Under the pieces are notes generated by a model that saw only the letters and a program-made list of their open reading frames with translations, was not told the origin of the DNA and did not search any database. From contig MNVG01000044.1 of assembly GCA_001871495.1 (NCBI GenBank), positions 74-64,073 on the forward strand: 64,000 nt of DNA. The letters run 5' to 3'. A program made the translations under genes and the position numbers. Every line of letters starts with the position of its first letter. Within the stretch, counting starts at the first letter, position 1. Positions 1 to 9,152 of the stretch are shown one piece after another. This DNA is from Candidatus Micrarchaeota archaeon CG1_02_51_15. Its GTDB lineage: Archaea > Micrarchaeota > Micrarchaeia > Norongarragalinales > UBA8480.

Positions 1-2
1 CT

Positions 3-776
3 CCAATTCAGTATACTGGAGAACAATGGCGTGGTTATGGCCCGGAAATAAATTACTGCGGCTACGCTCACTTCAACAACCTAACCCAGCAATGGAATTG
101 CAGTTCACAACTGGTTTCTCAAGACTTCGACGCGCTGATTTCAAACCGCGTTTCGCAAGGCGGTTCTACAACAGCAGTTTCATACTCGGATGCTTACGAC
201 CTATTAAAGAACAACGCACGCAACCCGACGGATGCGATATGCGATTCTAGTTCCCAAAACGGTTTAGTTCCCCCTCCAAATCCACCCGAATCTTCAACTG
301 CTGAAATAAACTACCAAAAACTCGCGGATTCGTTAATCTACATCTTTTCAATCCGCGACGCCGTGCTTGGCCCGCGTCTTTTAACCGACGAAATTATCCT
401 AAAAACCGGTTTACGCACAACTGACTTGACAATTATAGGAGAAAAGGTTAAGGTCCGTTTTCTAGGCGAACGCAAAATCGCAAACCGCGAATGCAAGGCA
501 TTCGAAATAAACCTGCCCGCTTCTGAACAACCCCGCACCCGAACAATAGGCTGTTCTTCCATAACTGAAGAACCACTTAACGCCACCTGGAAAGTATGTT
601 TGGACAAGGAATACGGAGTAGCGCTAGAATACTCGTTTACGGAAGGCAACCGGAGAGGCTCTTCAAGATCAATAACCGAATTCCGCACTGCAACCAACGC
701 CGCCGACTTTACGCTTCCTTCAAACCATCAGGTAATAACCGACGATGATTACTGGAATTATTTCTTCCAGCCGTAA
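3..776 (+). CDS. Partial CDS (C-terminal part). The reading frame is open from the window edge. Hypothetical N/T/S/Q-rich protein, probably extracellular.
   Basis: The frame is uninterrupted from nt 3 to TAA at 774-776, and the listed 363..776 ORF is its tail. No recognisable catalytic motif. Confidence 0.35.
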   Translation, partial: PIQYTGEQWRGYGPEINYCGYAHFNNLTQQWNCSSQLVSQDFDALISNRVSQGGSTTAVSYSDAYDLLKNNARNPTDAICDSSSQNGLVPPPNPPESSTAEINYQKLADSLIYIFSIRDAVLGPRLLTDEIILKTGLRTTDLTIIGEKVKVRFLGERKIANRECKAFEINLPASEQPRTRTIGCSSITEEPLNATWKVCLDKEYGVALEYSFTEGNRRGSSRSITEFRTATNAADFTLPSNHQVITDDDYWNYFFQP

Positions 777-1116
777 TCCGCGTGATTTTGTACAAGTTGT
801 CCTTTGATTATTTTCGTGAGGAAAGAGTTTAGTTTGGCGTCGCCGTGTTCAAACCCATTCAGCTGCAGCGTGGTTTCCCGAACGCGGATTTGAGAACATT
901 TGGCGTTTATTGAAATTTTTTTCAACACGAATTCGCTGACCAACTTGAAGTCGGATCGCCAAATTTAAACGTTTTGTGCAAGAAAGTAGCCATTTTTAGC
1001 TACTTTCAAGCAACAAAAGACAGGAAGCATGCCACTATCTAAGCCAGCCGTTTTCCCGACCAAAAACGAGGAGTTCGGTCGGTTTTGCGACTATTTTAGC
1101 TCTTTTGGGACTGAGG

Positions 1117-1512
1117 TTAGAGCTTTTTGACGTCGATCACTTGTTCTAATGCGGTTAAATGCAGGTCTCCGGTAACTACTTCGGCGTTGTTTTCGAGGCC
1201 GCAAGCGTAGATGAGGGCGTCAACCGTAGCGATTCCGTGAATTGCCTTTTCCCTTGCCGTACGGCACGCTATTTCGGGGCTTATTGAGACGAGCACGCTG
1301 CGCTCGGCCAAGAACTTTAACTGGTTTCCGATGTTTCGGCGTTCTTTCAACGCCTTGGCCTCCAATTCGGTCAGGCAAACGACGGGCGTAAGAATAATTA
1401 CTTCGTGGTCGTCCACGAACTCCTTTGCAACCCGCGCGCCTACCTTCGACCCCGCGAAGTACTCTATCCACGCAAAGGTGTCAAAGCACACGGTCCTGTT
1501 CATCGCGTTCAA
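1117..1512 (-). CDS. vapC: PIN-domain ribonuclease, VapC-like toxin
   Basis: N-terminal TVCFDTFAWIEY carries the first conserved Asp. The ~130-aa size and acidic residues are spaced as in PIN domains. Confidence 0.65.
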   Translation of the reverse strand: MNAMNRTVCFDTFAWIEYFAGSKVGARVAKEFVDDHEVIILTPVVCLTELEAKALKERRNIGNQLKFLAERSVLVSISPEIACRTAREKAIHGIATVDALIYACGLENNAEVVTGDLHLTALEQVIDVKKL

Positions 1513-1672
1513 ACCCCTTAAGCCACGGCGCGGTGCCGAAAGCCGATTTTTTCCTCGTCTTGGAAACCAGGAACTCTATCAACGCGTTAAAACTCGAGAA
1601 ATGCAAGGACTCCTTAAGCCTGCAAAGGACCGCGTACAACTCCGAATCAACGGGAACCGACTTGTAAACCAC
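1481..1672 (-). CDS. Putative cognate antitoxin (small protein upstream of the PIN gene, overlapping it)
   Basis: 63-aa ORF immediately upstream of vapC on the same strand, overlapping its start by about 30 nt. No family motif recognised. Confidence 0.3.
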   Translation of the reverse strand: MVYKSVPVDSELYAVLCRLKESLHFSSFNALIEFLVSKTRKKSAFGTAPWLKGFERDEQDRVL

Positions 1673-1716
1673 TCAATCACCACTTAAAGTTGCAATATTA
1701 AAGCTTTTCGCGGTTC

Positions 1717-4296
1717 CTACGCCCGTGGCGCGGCTATCCCGCAGTGCCCGGCTTCGTTGAGGTCGCGGGTTTCGCGTCCGCGGGCTGCTGATTGTCCTTG
1801 GCTTTGGCCGGAAGTGGACGGGTTAAAAACTGAAAGCGGGTCTATTGAGCTGGATTCTGTCGTGATGCGTCCGTCGCGGAACAGGCCGTAGTGCAGATGG
1901 ACTCCGGCTATTGCGTTTCCGGTGTGGCCCATTTTGCCAATCTGTTGGCAGGGCGTTACTTCCTGGTCGACTTGCACCATTACTTCGTTCAAGTGGCAGT
2001 ACAGGTGCGTACGCCCGTTGGGTTCGGTTATTACCACTTGCTTTCCGCAGTTGCTGCACTCGCGTTCCGACGAAGAAGGGCATTGAGTGCGGTCGCCTTG
2101 ACGACAGGCAAGCAAGCGCGCTTCACACTCTGCAGTAGCCGTGATGGTATTGGTCTTGGTAACGCGGCCGGATTGAATTGCATAGACTGGAGAATCCAAT
2201 TGCCCGCTTATGTCGATTCCCAAGTGGATTCTGGTTCCTCCTGCACGGGGCGCGCCTTGCGTTTGTCCGATTCTTCCTTCTGCAGGCCAGAACCAATCGC
2301 CTTGTTCGGAAGGCGTTTGCGCATTTGCTTGCGGGGCCGGACGCGAGAGCACTAATGGTTGCGAAGGGGCGCGGAAAAAGGCGGCAGCGTAAATCGCGTC
2401 GCCCAAAACCCGGTGGCCCGCTGCATTGGGATGCAAGTGGTCCGCGTTGTAATACTCGCGGCGCATTGCATCTTGGTTTTGAGGGTCTTCCAACGCAGAG
2501 TAAGCGTCCGCTACCACGTCGACGTTGCGCGGGCGCGACAAAATCCATTCGTTTAACTCGTCGGTTTTTTGCTGTCGTTCCTGGTTCCAGTCGGTCCCGC
2601 CAGGTCCGGTTTGCCATCCTTTCCATGGAGTGACGGTCACTGCAATCACGCGAATGCCTGCTTCGTGCGCGGCGTCGTACATCGATTGCAAGTCGGTTTT
2701 GATACGGTCAACGGGACCACCGATGTTGTTAATTCCACCCAGGATTATCACGTAGTCGTAATGCCTGGCGATAATATCGGAGGCAAAGCGTTCGCGCATC
2801 CTGTTGGTTCCCTGGCCGCTTATGCCGTGGCCTTCAAAAACAGCGCCTTGGCAAAGGCCTTGCAGCCGCTGTAAGTACCCTCCTTCCCTTGCTCCGGCTT
2901 CGGTAATCGAATCGCCCATTGCACCGATACGGCTGTTTACGCAAGTTGCCAAATAGGAAGCGGCTTGGATTCGCGAGCTTGGGTCTGAAGAAGGCGTTTC
3001 GCTAGCAGGGTTTTCGTCAACTTGTTGACCGGCCGTGTCTTCAGTGGGAACGGCCCCGTCTTCTGGAACAGTTTCGTCTTCAATGTCTTCTTCTCCGAAG
3101 AGTTCGTCGTCTTGGTAAAACGCTTGTTGTTCGTATTCGGTTTCGCTTAAGTGGTTTACCAAAACGGTTAACGGAATCGAGTGTTCGGCAAACCCTGCGT
3201 AAGGAAGGGCTATTGCCAGCCGGCCTTGGATTGAATCGAATTCGAAGCGGCCGGCCTCGTTTTTGCGCGCATTACTCAAGTCAACATAAACCACCGAGTA
3301 ATAGCCGTTTGATAGTTGCGTGGACTCTACTCGGCAGTAACTGCCCAGTTGGCCGTCTGTGCGCAGCAACGGAATTCCGTAGGGAGTAGCATAGTACATC
3401 GGCAGGTCGTATGAAGCAACCGGGTTTGCTTCCGAAACCCCTAACTCTATTTCAGGCGGGAAGGTTGCGAAAAACGCTTGCACGTCAAAAAACGGGGGCG
3501 GCGATAATTGCGGCACGGGTTGCATCACTTGGTTTGCAAGTCTCGCCGCATTGTTCGTCCGTTGAGAGACCCCGCCCTTTCCGGCTAGAGAGTCTTCGAT
3601 TGCCCGTGAAACCGCGTTTGATGCAGGCGGCGCAAGGTCTGCTTCAGCTGCCTCTGCCAACGCAGGCGCAATGACTTGGCGTTGTGCGTCGTCAAGCGGC
3701 GGCGAAACCACGCGAACCATTGGCGGCGCTGACGCGGGGTTTGCAACCGCGTGGTTAACGCGAATGGCTTGCGACGCCCTTTGCCCCGGCGCGAGCACTG
3801 CCCGGCTTGACCTTACAAACGGCGTTGAAGAAAGCAAGCGGGGCGATGAAAAACCGGTTCCGGAAGTGCTTACTTCGGAACCGCCGGACAATTCAGGGGG
3901 AATTGCATCAAGCAACTCGACGTCCACTTGCTCGTCGCCAGTATTTTCCAAAACGATTTCATCTTGGTAAAAATCGGTTCCGGCTTCAATAGAACGCGTA
4001 ACCGAAACTGCGTTGTCTTCAACCGGCGCAGAGCGCAAGTCGTAAAAAACGAAGGGCGTAGGCAGAGGAGACGGAGAAGCAGACGGTAATTTAGGTGAAG
4101 GAACCGCTTTCATGCCGGCCTCCTTTTTTTCAGGCGGCGCATTCAAGACCACGAACGCGGCTGCAAACACCAACAGCAACGCTAAGGCTACTGCAACCAA
4201 CAAGTAATTGCCTCGCGCTTCTTCAGGCGTTTCTTCAGAACCCGGATCGGGAGAGTACATTGCGAGATTAAGTACGGCAAAAGGCAATAAAACCAA
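1717..4296 (-). CDS. Membrane-anchored protein combining an SGNH/GDSL hydrolase domain with a C-terminal M23 (LytM-type) metallopeptidase domain. Putative cell-wall hydrolase.
   Basis: N-terminal hydrophobic helix (LLVAVALALLLVFAAAFVV) followed by a Pro/Ser-rich linker. SGNH block: GDSITEAG ... ILGGINNIG ... DHLHPN. M23 block: HLGIDISG ... HTGN ... HLHYGLF. A Cys-rich insert (CEARLLAC...CPSSSERECSNC) sits inside the M23 part. Confidence 0.6.
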   Translation of the reverse strand: MVLLPFAVLNLAMYSPDPGSEETPEEARGNYLLVAVALALLLVFAAAFVVLNAPPEKKEAGMKAVPSPKLPSASPSPLPTPFVFYDLRSAPVEDNAVSVTRSIEAGTDFYQDEIVLENTGDEQVDVELLDAIPPELSGGSEVSTSGTGFSSPRLLSSTPFVRSSRAVLAPGQRASQAIRVNHAVANPASAPPMVRVVSPPLDDAQRQVIAPALAEAAEADLAPPASNAVSRAIEDSLAGKGGVSQRTNNAARLANQVMQPVPQLSPPPFFDVQAFFATFPPEIELGVSEANPVASYDLPMYYATPYGIPLLRTDGQLGSYCRVESTQLSNGYYSVVYVDLSNARKNEAGRFEFDSIQGRLAIALPYAGFAEHSIPLTVLVNHLSETEYEQQAFYQDDELFGEEDIEDETVPEDGAVPTEDTAGQQVDENPASETPSSDPSSRIQAASYLATCVNSRIGAMGDSITEAGAREGGYLQRLQGLCQGAVFEGHGISGQGTNRMRERFASDIIARHYDYVIILGGINNIGGPVDRIKTDLQSMYDAAHEAGIRVIAVTVTPWKGWQTGPGGTDWNQERQQKTDELNEWILSRPRNVDVVADAYSALEDPQNQDAMRREYYNADHLHPNAAGHRVLGDAIYAAAFFRAPSQPLVLSRPAPQANAQTPSEQGDWFWPAEGRIGQTQGAPRAGGTRIHLGIDISGQLDSPVYAIQSGRVTKTNTITATAECEARLLACRQGDRTQCPSSSERECSNCGKQVVITEPNGRTHLYCHLNEVMVQVDQEVTPCQQIGKMGHTGNAIAGVHLHYGLFRDGRITTESSSIDPLSVFNPSTSGQSQGQSAARGRETRDLNEAGHCGIAAPRA

Positions 4297-4305
4297 GGCA
4301 GGTGC

Positions 4306-6015
4306 TCACAGTTTTTTAGCAACGTACGCGCCGTCCAAGCGATAGCCCTGCTTCCTATAGTAGTCCCGCACGCCCACTCCACTGATTACCGCAACGCGCC
4401 GCGCGTGCCACTCTTCGAAGGCAATGCGCTCGGCTTCAATCAACAGGCGTTTGCCCAAGTCCTTGTGCTGCACTGCCAGCGCGTCGTGTGTTCCAATCGC
4501 CAGTTGTTCGCCGTAAACGTGGAGTTCCCGCACGCCTGCACAGCCTTCGAGCTCTTTGCGGAACGGGTTTTCCGACGGAGTCCGCAACCGCAAGAACCCT
4601 AGAAGCAAGTCGTTGGAAGAATCTTCGAATGAAAGGAACACTTCCTTTCCGTTGCTTGCGTCATAATCAACGCGCTTCAATTCCACTTGCTTCCAGTCAA
4701 CTGCCTTGCCCGTCCGAGCCTGCAGGCCTGCTTCGCGGCAGCGGATGCAACGGCAGCGCCCGCCCTTTTCAGCTAGCTTTTTGGCAACTATTTCACGGAG
4801 GTTGCTTTTGTCCACTCCTGCTTCGACGAGGTTGACTGGAATGTCGCGGTCAACTCGCATTACGCGCACCCAAGGCGGAAAGAAGCGTTTGGCTTCCGCA
4901 ATCACTTCAGCTGCTTCCTCAGTGGAGTAAGGCGTGAATTCGCCGCGCTTCCACATCCGATAAAGAGGAGTTCCTTTGAGGACGAGGCAGGGATAGATTT
5001 TCAGCAAGTCGGGCTTAAACCGCGGGTCTTCAAAGAGCTGGCGCATCATGCGCACGTCCTCTTCGGGGGTGCAAAACAAACCAGGCATGTAGTGATAACA
5101 GACTTTCAGAAAAGCGTTTTTGCAGGTTTGCGTTGCATCGACGACGTCTTGAACGCAATGTCCTCTGCGCACTTTCTTGTAGACTTGGTCGCTGAGCGTC
5201 TGTACTCCCAACTCTATTCGGGTTGCGCCGAAATCCACCAAACGCGAAATCCGTTCAGGCGTGGCGTAGTCCGGCCTGGTTTCGAAAGTGATTCCAACCA
5301 CCCTGCGGCTTGCGTGCTCGTTTTTCTTCTGCGCTTGTGCAAGCGACGTGCTTAGGGCGACGTTGAAGCCGTCAAAAGCGCGTTTGACGAAATTACGCTG
5401 GTAACCAAGAGGAAGGGCGTTGAACGTGCCGCCCATTACTATCAACTCGCACTTACGGGGGTTGTGGCCTATTTCCTTTAATTGAGTAACACGGTGGCGG
5501 ACTTGCTTGAATGCGTCGAAATGCATTTGCTCCGCGCGCCTTGCAGCAGGCTCTTGGCCAGTGTAGCTTTTGGGCGATTTCGTACCGCCAGGGCAGTAGA
5601 TGCACTTGCCCACGCAGCCGCTGGGCTTGGCCATTATTGCAATGACTGAAACGCCGCTTAGCGAGCGCACAGGTGCCTTGCGCAAGAGCGCGGAGAGACG
5701 TTTGCGTTGGGCTGCAGACGCAGCTGCAATGAGTTCGGAGTTGGAAATCATGTCCGGCAAACCGAATTGTTCGCTTGCTTCCAACTTGAGTGACGACAGT
5801 TTCTTGAATGAAGGCATTGCCTCGTTCGACAACTGCTCTAGTACGAAACAGGCGGCGTCAACCCTGTCTTTCTTCATGCGCTTACTCTTGAGAGAATACA
5901 TGCATAAAAATAGCGGCGGCTTAACGGAACCTGATGACTTTGAAGAACCCGCGGGACTGAAATGAAGTAAAGAAAAGGCTATAACCAGTGTTGACCGGGC
6001 GTGACACTCTGCCAT
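4306..6015 (-). CDS. elp3: Elongator complex protein 3 homolog (radical SAM plus GNAT acetyltransferase), tRNA U34 modification
   Basis: Radical SAM region with CIYCPGG and a C-terminal GNAT-like block (GKRLLIEAERIA...YRKQGYRLDG). The ~570-aa length is typical of archaeal Elp3. Confidence 0.8.
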   Translation of the reverse strand: MAECHARSTLVIAFSLLHFSPAGSSKSSGSVKPPLFLCMYSLKSKRMKKDRVDAACFVLEQLSNEAMPSFKKLSSLKLEASEQFGLPDMISNSELIAAASAAQRKRLSALLRKAPVRSLSGVSVIAIMAKPSGCVGKCIYCPGGTKSPKSYTGQEPAARRAEQMHFDAFKQVRHRVTQLKEIGHNPRKCELIVMGGTFNALPLGYQRNFVKRAFDGFNVALSTSLAQAQKKNEHASRRVVGITFETRPDYATPERISRLVDFGATRIELGVQTLSDQVYKKVRRGHCVQDVVDATQTCKNAFLKVCYHYMPGLFCTPEEDVRMMRQLFEDPRFKPDLLKIYPCLVLKGTPLYRMWKRGEFTPYSTEEAAEVIAEAKRFFPPWVRVMRVDRDIPVNLVEAGVDKSNLREIVAKKLAEKGGRCRCIRCREAGLQARTGKAVDWKQVELKRVDYDASNGKEVFLSFEDSSNDLLLGFLRLRTPSENPFRKELEGCAGVRELHVYGEQLAIGTHDALAVQHKDLGKRLLIEAERIAFEEWHARRVAVISGVGVRDYYRKQGYRLDGAYVAKKL

Positions 6016-6175
6016 CCGAAGGCAAGTGGACTGAAGAACACCTTGATGCGCTAAGGGTTTTGAAGCGTTATCACGGCGGGTTGAATACTGCGCGCTAAAA
6101 ACTGGGTTTACCCCGCCCCACCCTGTCCGTAAAGACGAACGCAGTTACCGCAATTGGAGCGTCTTCGAAAAGGAG

Positions 6176-6524
6176 ATGCGCGACTTGATTTACGAACTTG
6201 AAGGCCGGTTTCCGCACGCAAACGATTTTCGAACCAACCGCTTGTACGGCCTTCAACGTGCGATTCCGTTGCACGGCGGCATTCGCAAAGTGCGTAAAGC
6301 ACTGAGTTTTGAAGCCGGAAAATTCAAGAGCGGCGACGATTCGCTTAAACACCGGCATAATTTTGCGTCACATGCTGGAACTGAAAGAAAAGCTGGGTTT
6401 TTTTCCTAATGGAAACGATTTGCTTGCGCTTAATCGGGGGGATTTACGGAGCGCGATGCGTTTACACGGCGGAGCAGAGACTGCTTTGGCCAAGCTGGAA
6501 GGTCGGGAGTTTCGGACGCCGTAA
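6176..6524 (+). pseudogene. Two overlapping short ORFs in different frames that carry a tandemly repeated ~35-aa unit. Possibly a degraded gene.
   Basis: Units are FPHANDFRTNRLYGLQRAIPLHGGIRKVRKALSFE (frame 1) and FPNGNDLLALNRGDLRSAMRLHGGAETALAKLEG (frame 2). The frames shift near 6310-6410. The region lies in a 930-nt gene-poor stretch. Confidence 0.2.
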
Positions 6525-6554
6525 ACGAATGCGAAATTCAACGCCGAAAAGGTT

Positions 6555-6887
6555 ATGCGCAGTGTTTTGAAGAATTATGCCAAGCATCCTCTTTACGAAG
6601 ATATAAAGCAAGAGGCACGGATTGCGTTGCATCATGCGCTTGCTGAAAACAAGCCATACGCTACAAGGAAGGCAGTGATTGGCGTAATAGTGCACTTTTT
6701 GAGGAGCACAATGCCGGCGAGTTTCAGCAAACGGGAACTTGCTGAATTAAGGCTGGTAAGAAAGACGGCATCAAGATTGAGCGGCTCGCAGGACGTGGCA
6801 CGCCGCGTTTCACAGGCAACCGGAATAAGCCAGACTGAAGTCGAGCAGTACTTGAATTTGCGGCAGACTGTTTTCCGCGAGGGTTAG
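6555..6887 (+). CDS. Small hypothetical protein with a possible helix-turn-helix near the C-terminus
   Basis: 110-aa ORF. The segment SQDVARRVSQATGISQTEVEQYL resembles an HTH. No other motif recognised. Confidence 0.3.
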   Translation: MRSVLKNYAKHPLYEDIKQEARIALHHALAENKPYATRKAVIGVIVHFLRSTMPASFSKRELAELRLVRKTASRLSGSQDVARRVSQATGISQTEVEQYLNLRQTVFREG

Positions 6888-6957
6888 CGTTACTTCCGTT
6901 TGGCGGGGATTATAATGCCAACAAGCAACGAGGTTTCGTGTTTGCAAAACAGTTTTT

Positions 6958-7692
6958 TCAAAAAGGGTCTTTGCTGGACGGACGGACGAATTGGACTTTG
7001 AGTTTGTGGCGATTGGTGGTTTCTTGGCGTTCTATTTCCAGTGAGAGCCCGAGGGCTTCTGCTATTTCCTGCGCGTGTTGTTCGACGCGGTTGAACCAAC
7101 GAAATTTTTCCGCAGTCGGGTGTGCTTGCAATATGAAGTGGCCTTCAGGCATTGCGTGTGCGACGACTTTCCATTTTTTCAAGTCCAGTTCAGACGGCCG
7201 GTTTTCGGTAAGAGGAGGCTCGATGATTCCGAGGCTGTGTTTAAAGATGGTTTTTGCGCGGGCAATGCGGGAACGGAGAACGTCGTCTTGAAAAGCTGGT
7301 TTTTCAAACGAGATTATGAACAAGTGAGGGGTTTTGCCGGATGAAGGAAAGTGTTCCAGTTTGTAATCCAGGTTGTTTCTGAACGCGGCGCTATGAGCGA
7401 GGCTGGCGAGGAACTCGCGCATTCTTATTCCCGGCGGCTGTTGGGTGTTAAGCTCGTGTCCTGCTGAGTAGTGTTCGCCGCGTTGGCCCATTGAAGACAA
7501 TAGGTTGTGTTCGAAGCTGTTTTGCGCAAGGCGGTTGGGAAAAATAGTTATTCTTACGCCGCCGTTTTCGTGAGTTATTTTCAGCCCGCTTTCTTCAGGG
7601 GTTTGAAGGCCTGCTTCGGTTTTTAGTTGCCGCTCGAAGTCTCGGGCGGCCAGCTTTTTTCGTTTCATTTCTTTTTGGGTTTCTTCAGGCAA
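6958..7692 (-). CDS. Hypothetical protein
   Basis: 244-aa ORF with protein-like composition. No recognisable motif. Confidence 0.45.
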   Translation of the reverse strand: MPEETQKEMKRKKLAARDFERQLKTEAGLQTPEESGLKITHENGGVRITIFPNRLAQNSFEHNLLSSMGQRGEHYSAGHELNTQQPPGIRMREFLASLAHSAAFRNNLDYKLEHFPSSGKTPHLFIISFEKPAFQDDVLRSRIARAKTIFKHSLGIIEPPLTENRPSELDLKKWKVVAHAMPEGHFILQAHPTAEKFRWFNRVEQHAQEIAEALGLSLEIERQETTNRHKLKVQFVRPSSKDPF

Positions 7693-7698
7693 GTTTTT

Positions 7699-8538
7699 TC
7701 ACACCCAAATCACGTTAGCCAAAAACCCTATTATGGAGTAGATGGCTTGTTCGGAGTTGGGGAACAACGGGATGCCCAAAGAGGCGGCTTTGGCGTCTTG
7801 GAGGAGTGAAGACGTAGTGATTAGGCGGGCGTTGAGTTGTTGTTGGATTAACGGGCTTGAGAGCGAGCGCACGGTGAATTTTACCGGCAGGTCTTTTTGG
7901 GTGGAACCGATTATTTCGTAGGGAACGGTCTTAGTAGAGCCGCGAGGCAAGAATACTGTTTTAGTAAAGGCCCACTCGTAAGGCAGGCCTGAAGTAGAGA
8001 TTTCGAATGCGTCGTTTGCCGAACTCGTGCTGGTTAGGGTGAAGGAGTATACCGCGGGTTGCCCGATTCCCGTGTTTATTACAGGCGGGTTGAGGGAGGC
8101 GGTCATTACGTTGCGGGAGACGGTTACGCGGGCACTGAACGCAAGCGACGCAACGCCTTCGTACTCGTCGACGGTTTGGAGTTGTATTGAGTACTCGCCG
8201 TCGGCAGCGTCAGATGCGGCAATAATGCGAGCGGTAAGGGGAGTTTCGTAAGTGAGGCTGTCTATGGATTGCCAGCCTGCGGGCAATGAGGATTGTACTA
8301 CGGCTAGCTTGTCCCAAATGGCTTCCGAACCCAGGTTTGAAGCGTCTTTGCTTTGTTCGTTGGTTCCGCGGTCTATTGAAACAGCTACGTTCTGGCCTGG
8401 GCCTATTACTCCCAGGCTTATTACTTGAGGCGCTGAAGAGTCGACGATTGCGGGATTGGGTGCAGTCACTACGACGTGCGAGGCGCACGCGGTTGCCGCG
8501 ATTGTCAAGAGCATGAAAACAATTAATTGCTTAAACAT
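7699..8538 (-). CDS. Secreted or surface hypothetical protein with an N-terminal signal peptide
   Basis: Internal start MFKQLIVFMLLTIAATACAS is a signal-peptide-like N-terminus, and the rest is Thr/Ser-rich and beta-rich. The longer ORF to 8715 would collide with the divergent thpR promoter region. Confidence 0.5.
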   Translation of the reverse strand: MFKQLIVFMLLTIAATACASHVVVTAPNPAIVDSSAPQVISLGVIGPGQNVAVSIDRGTNEQSKDASNLGSEAIWDKLAVVQSSLPAGWQSIDSLTYETPLTARIIAASDAADGEYSIQLQTVDEYEGVASLAFSARVTVSRNVMTASLNPPVINTGIGQPAVYSFTLTSTSSANDAFEISTSGLPYEWAFTKTVFLPRGSTKTVPYEIIGSTQKDLPVKFTVRSLSSPLIQQQLNARLITTSSLLQDAKAASLGIPLFPNSEQAIYSIIGFLANVIWV

Positions 8539-8611
8539 CCAATAATCCACTCCGTCGTAACCTGAGAATAATCGTTGGGAGCGAATTAAAGCATTGTGGG
8601 GGAGCATGGAA

Positions 8612-9151
8612 ATGCGTTGTTTTGTTGCATTGGAGCCGTCTGGGGAAGTAAAGGCCAAAGTGGGAAAGCTTGCGGAAAAAGCGGGGACGCTGGGATTGCA
8701 AGCGAATTTCGTCAAAACCGATCAGTTGCACGTTACGCTCGTGTTTTTGGGCGAAATTCCCGAAAAGGTTGCTCAAGAGAAGCTCGCCGCATTCAAGGCG
8801 CTAGAAGGCAAGCTACCTAAAGCGTTCGAACTGCATTTTCAAAAAACCGGCTTTTTTCCCAAAGAAGAGTTCGTGAAAGTCTTTTGGGCAGGTTGCGATT
8901 CAAAGGAATTGAGCGATTTGCAGGCAATGGTTGCAACGGCGCTGGGCGTTGGCGAAAAGGATTTCAGCGGCCATTTGACAATTTGCAGGATTAAAGGCAG
9001 GAAGAACTTGGACAAGTTGGTTGAACTAAGGAAGGAAAACGAAGATGCTGACTTCGGAAAGTGCCACGTGGGAAAAATAGTTTTCAAAAAAAGCGTTCTT
9101 GGGCTAAAAGGCCCAACGTACGAGGACTTGGCGGAAGTCGTGTTGGCGTAG
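8612..9151 (+). CDS. thpR: 2H-phosphoesterase family RNA 2',3'-cyclic phosphodiesterase / 2'-5' RNA ligase (ThpR/LigT)
   Basis: Two H-x-T-x motifs, HVTLVFLG and HLTICRI, with the typical ~180-aa size. The start is taken at MRCFVALE. Confidence 0.75.
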   Translation: MRCFVALEPSGEVKAKVGKLAEKAGTLGLQANFVKTDQLHVTLVFLGEIPEKVAQEKLAAFKALEGKLPKAFELHFQKTGFFPKEEFVKVFWAGCDSKELSDLQAMVATALGVGEKDFSGHLTICRIKGRKNLDKLVELRKENEDADFGKCHVGKIVFKKSVLGLKGPTYEDLAEVVLA

Positions 9152-9152
9152 C

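Noticed and set aside
1823-3992. Multiple 60-170-aa ORFs on both strands (2123..2626, 2178..2633, 3411..3674, and others)
   Set aside because: They are nested within or antisense to the 859-aa SGNH-M23 gene, have Arg/Pro-rich GC-driven composition, and carry no motifs.
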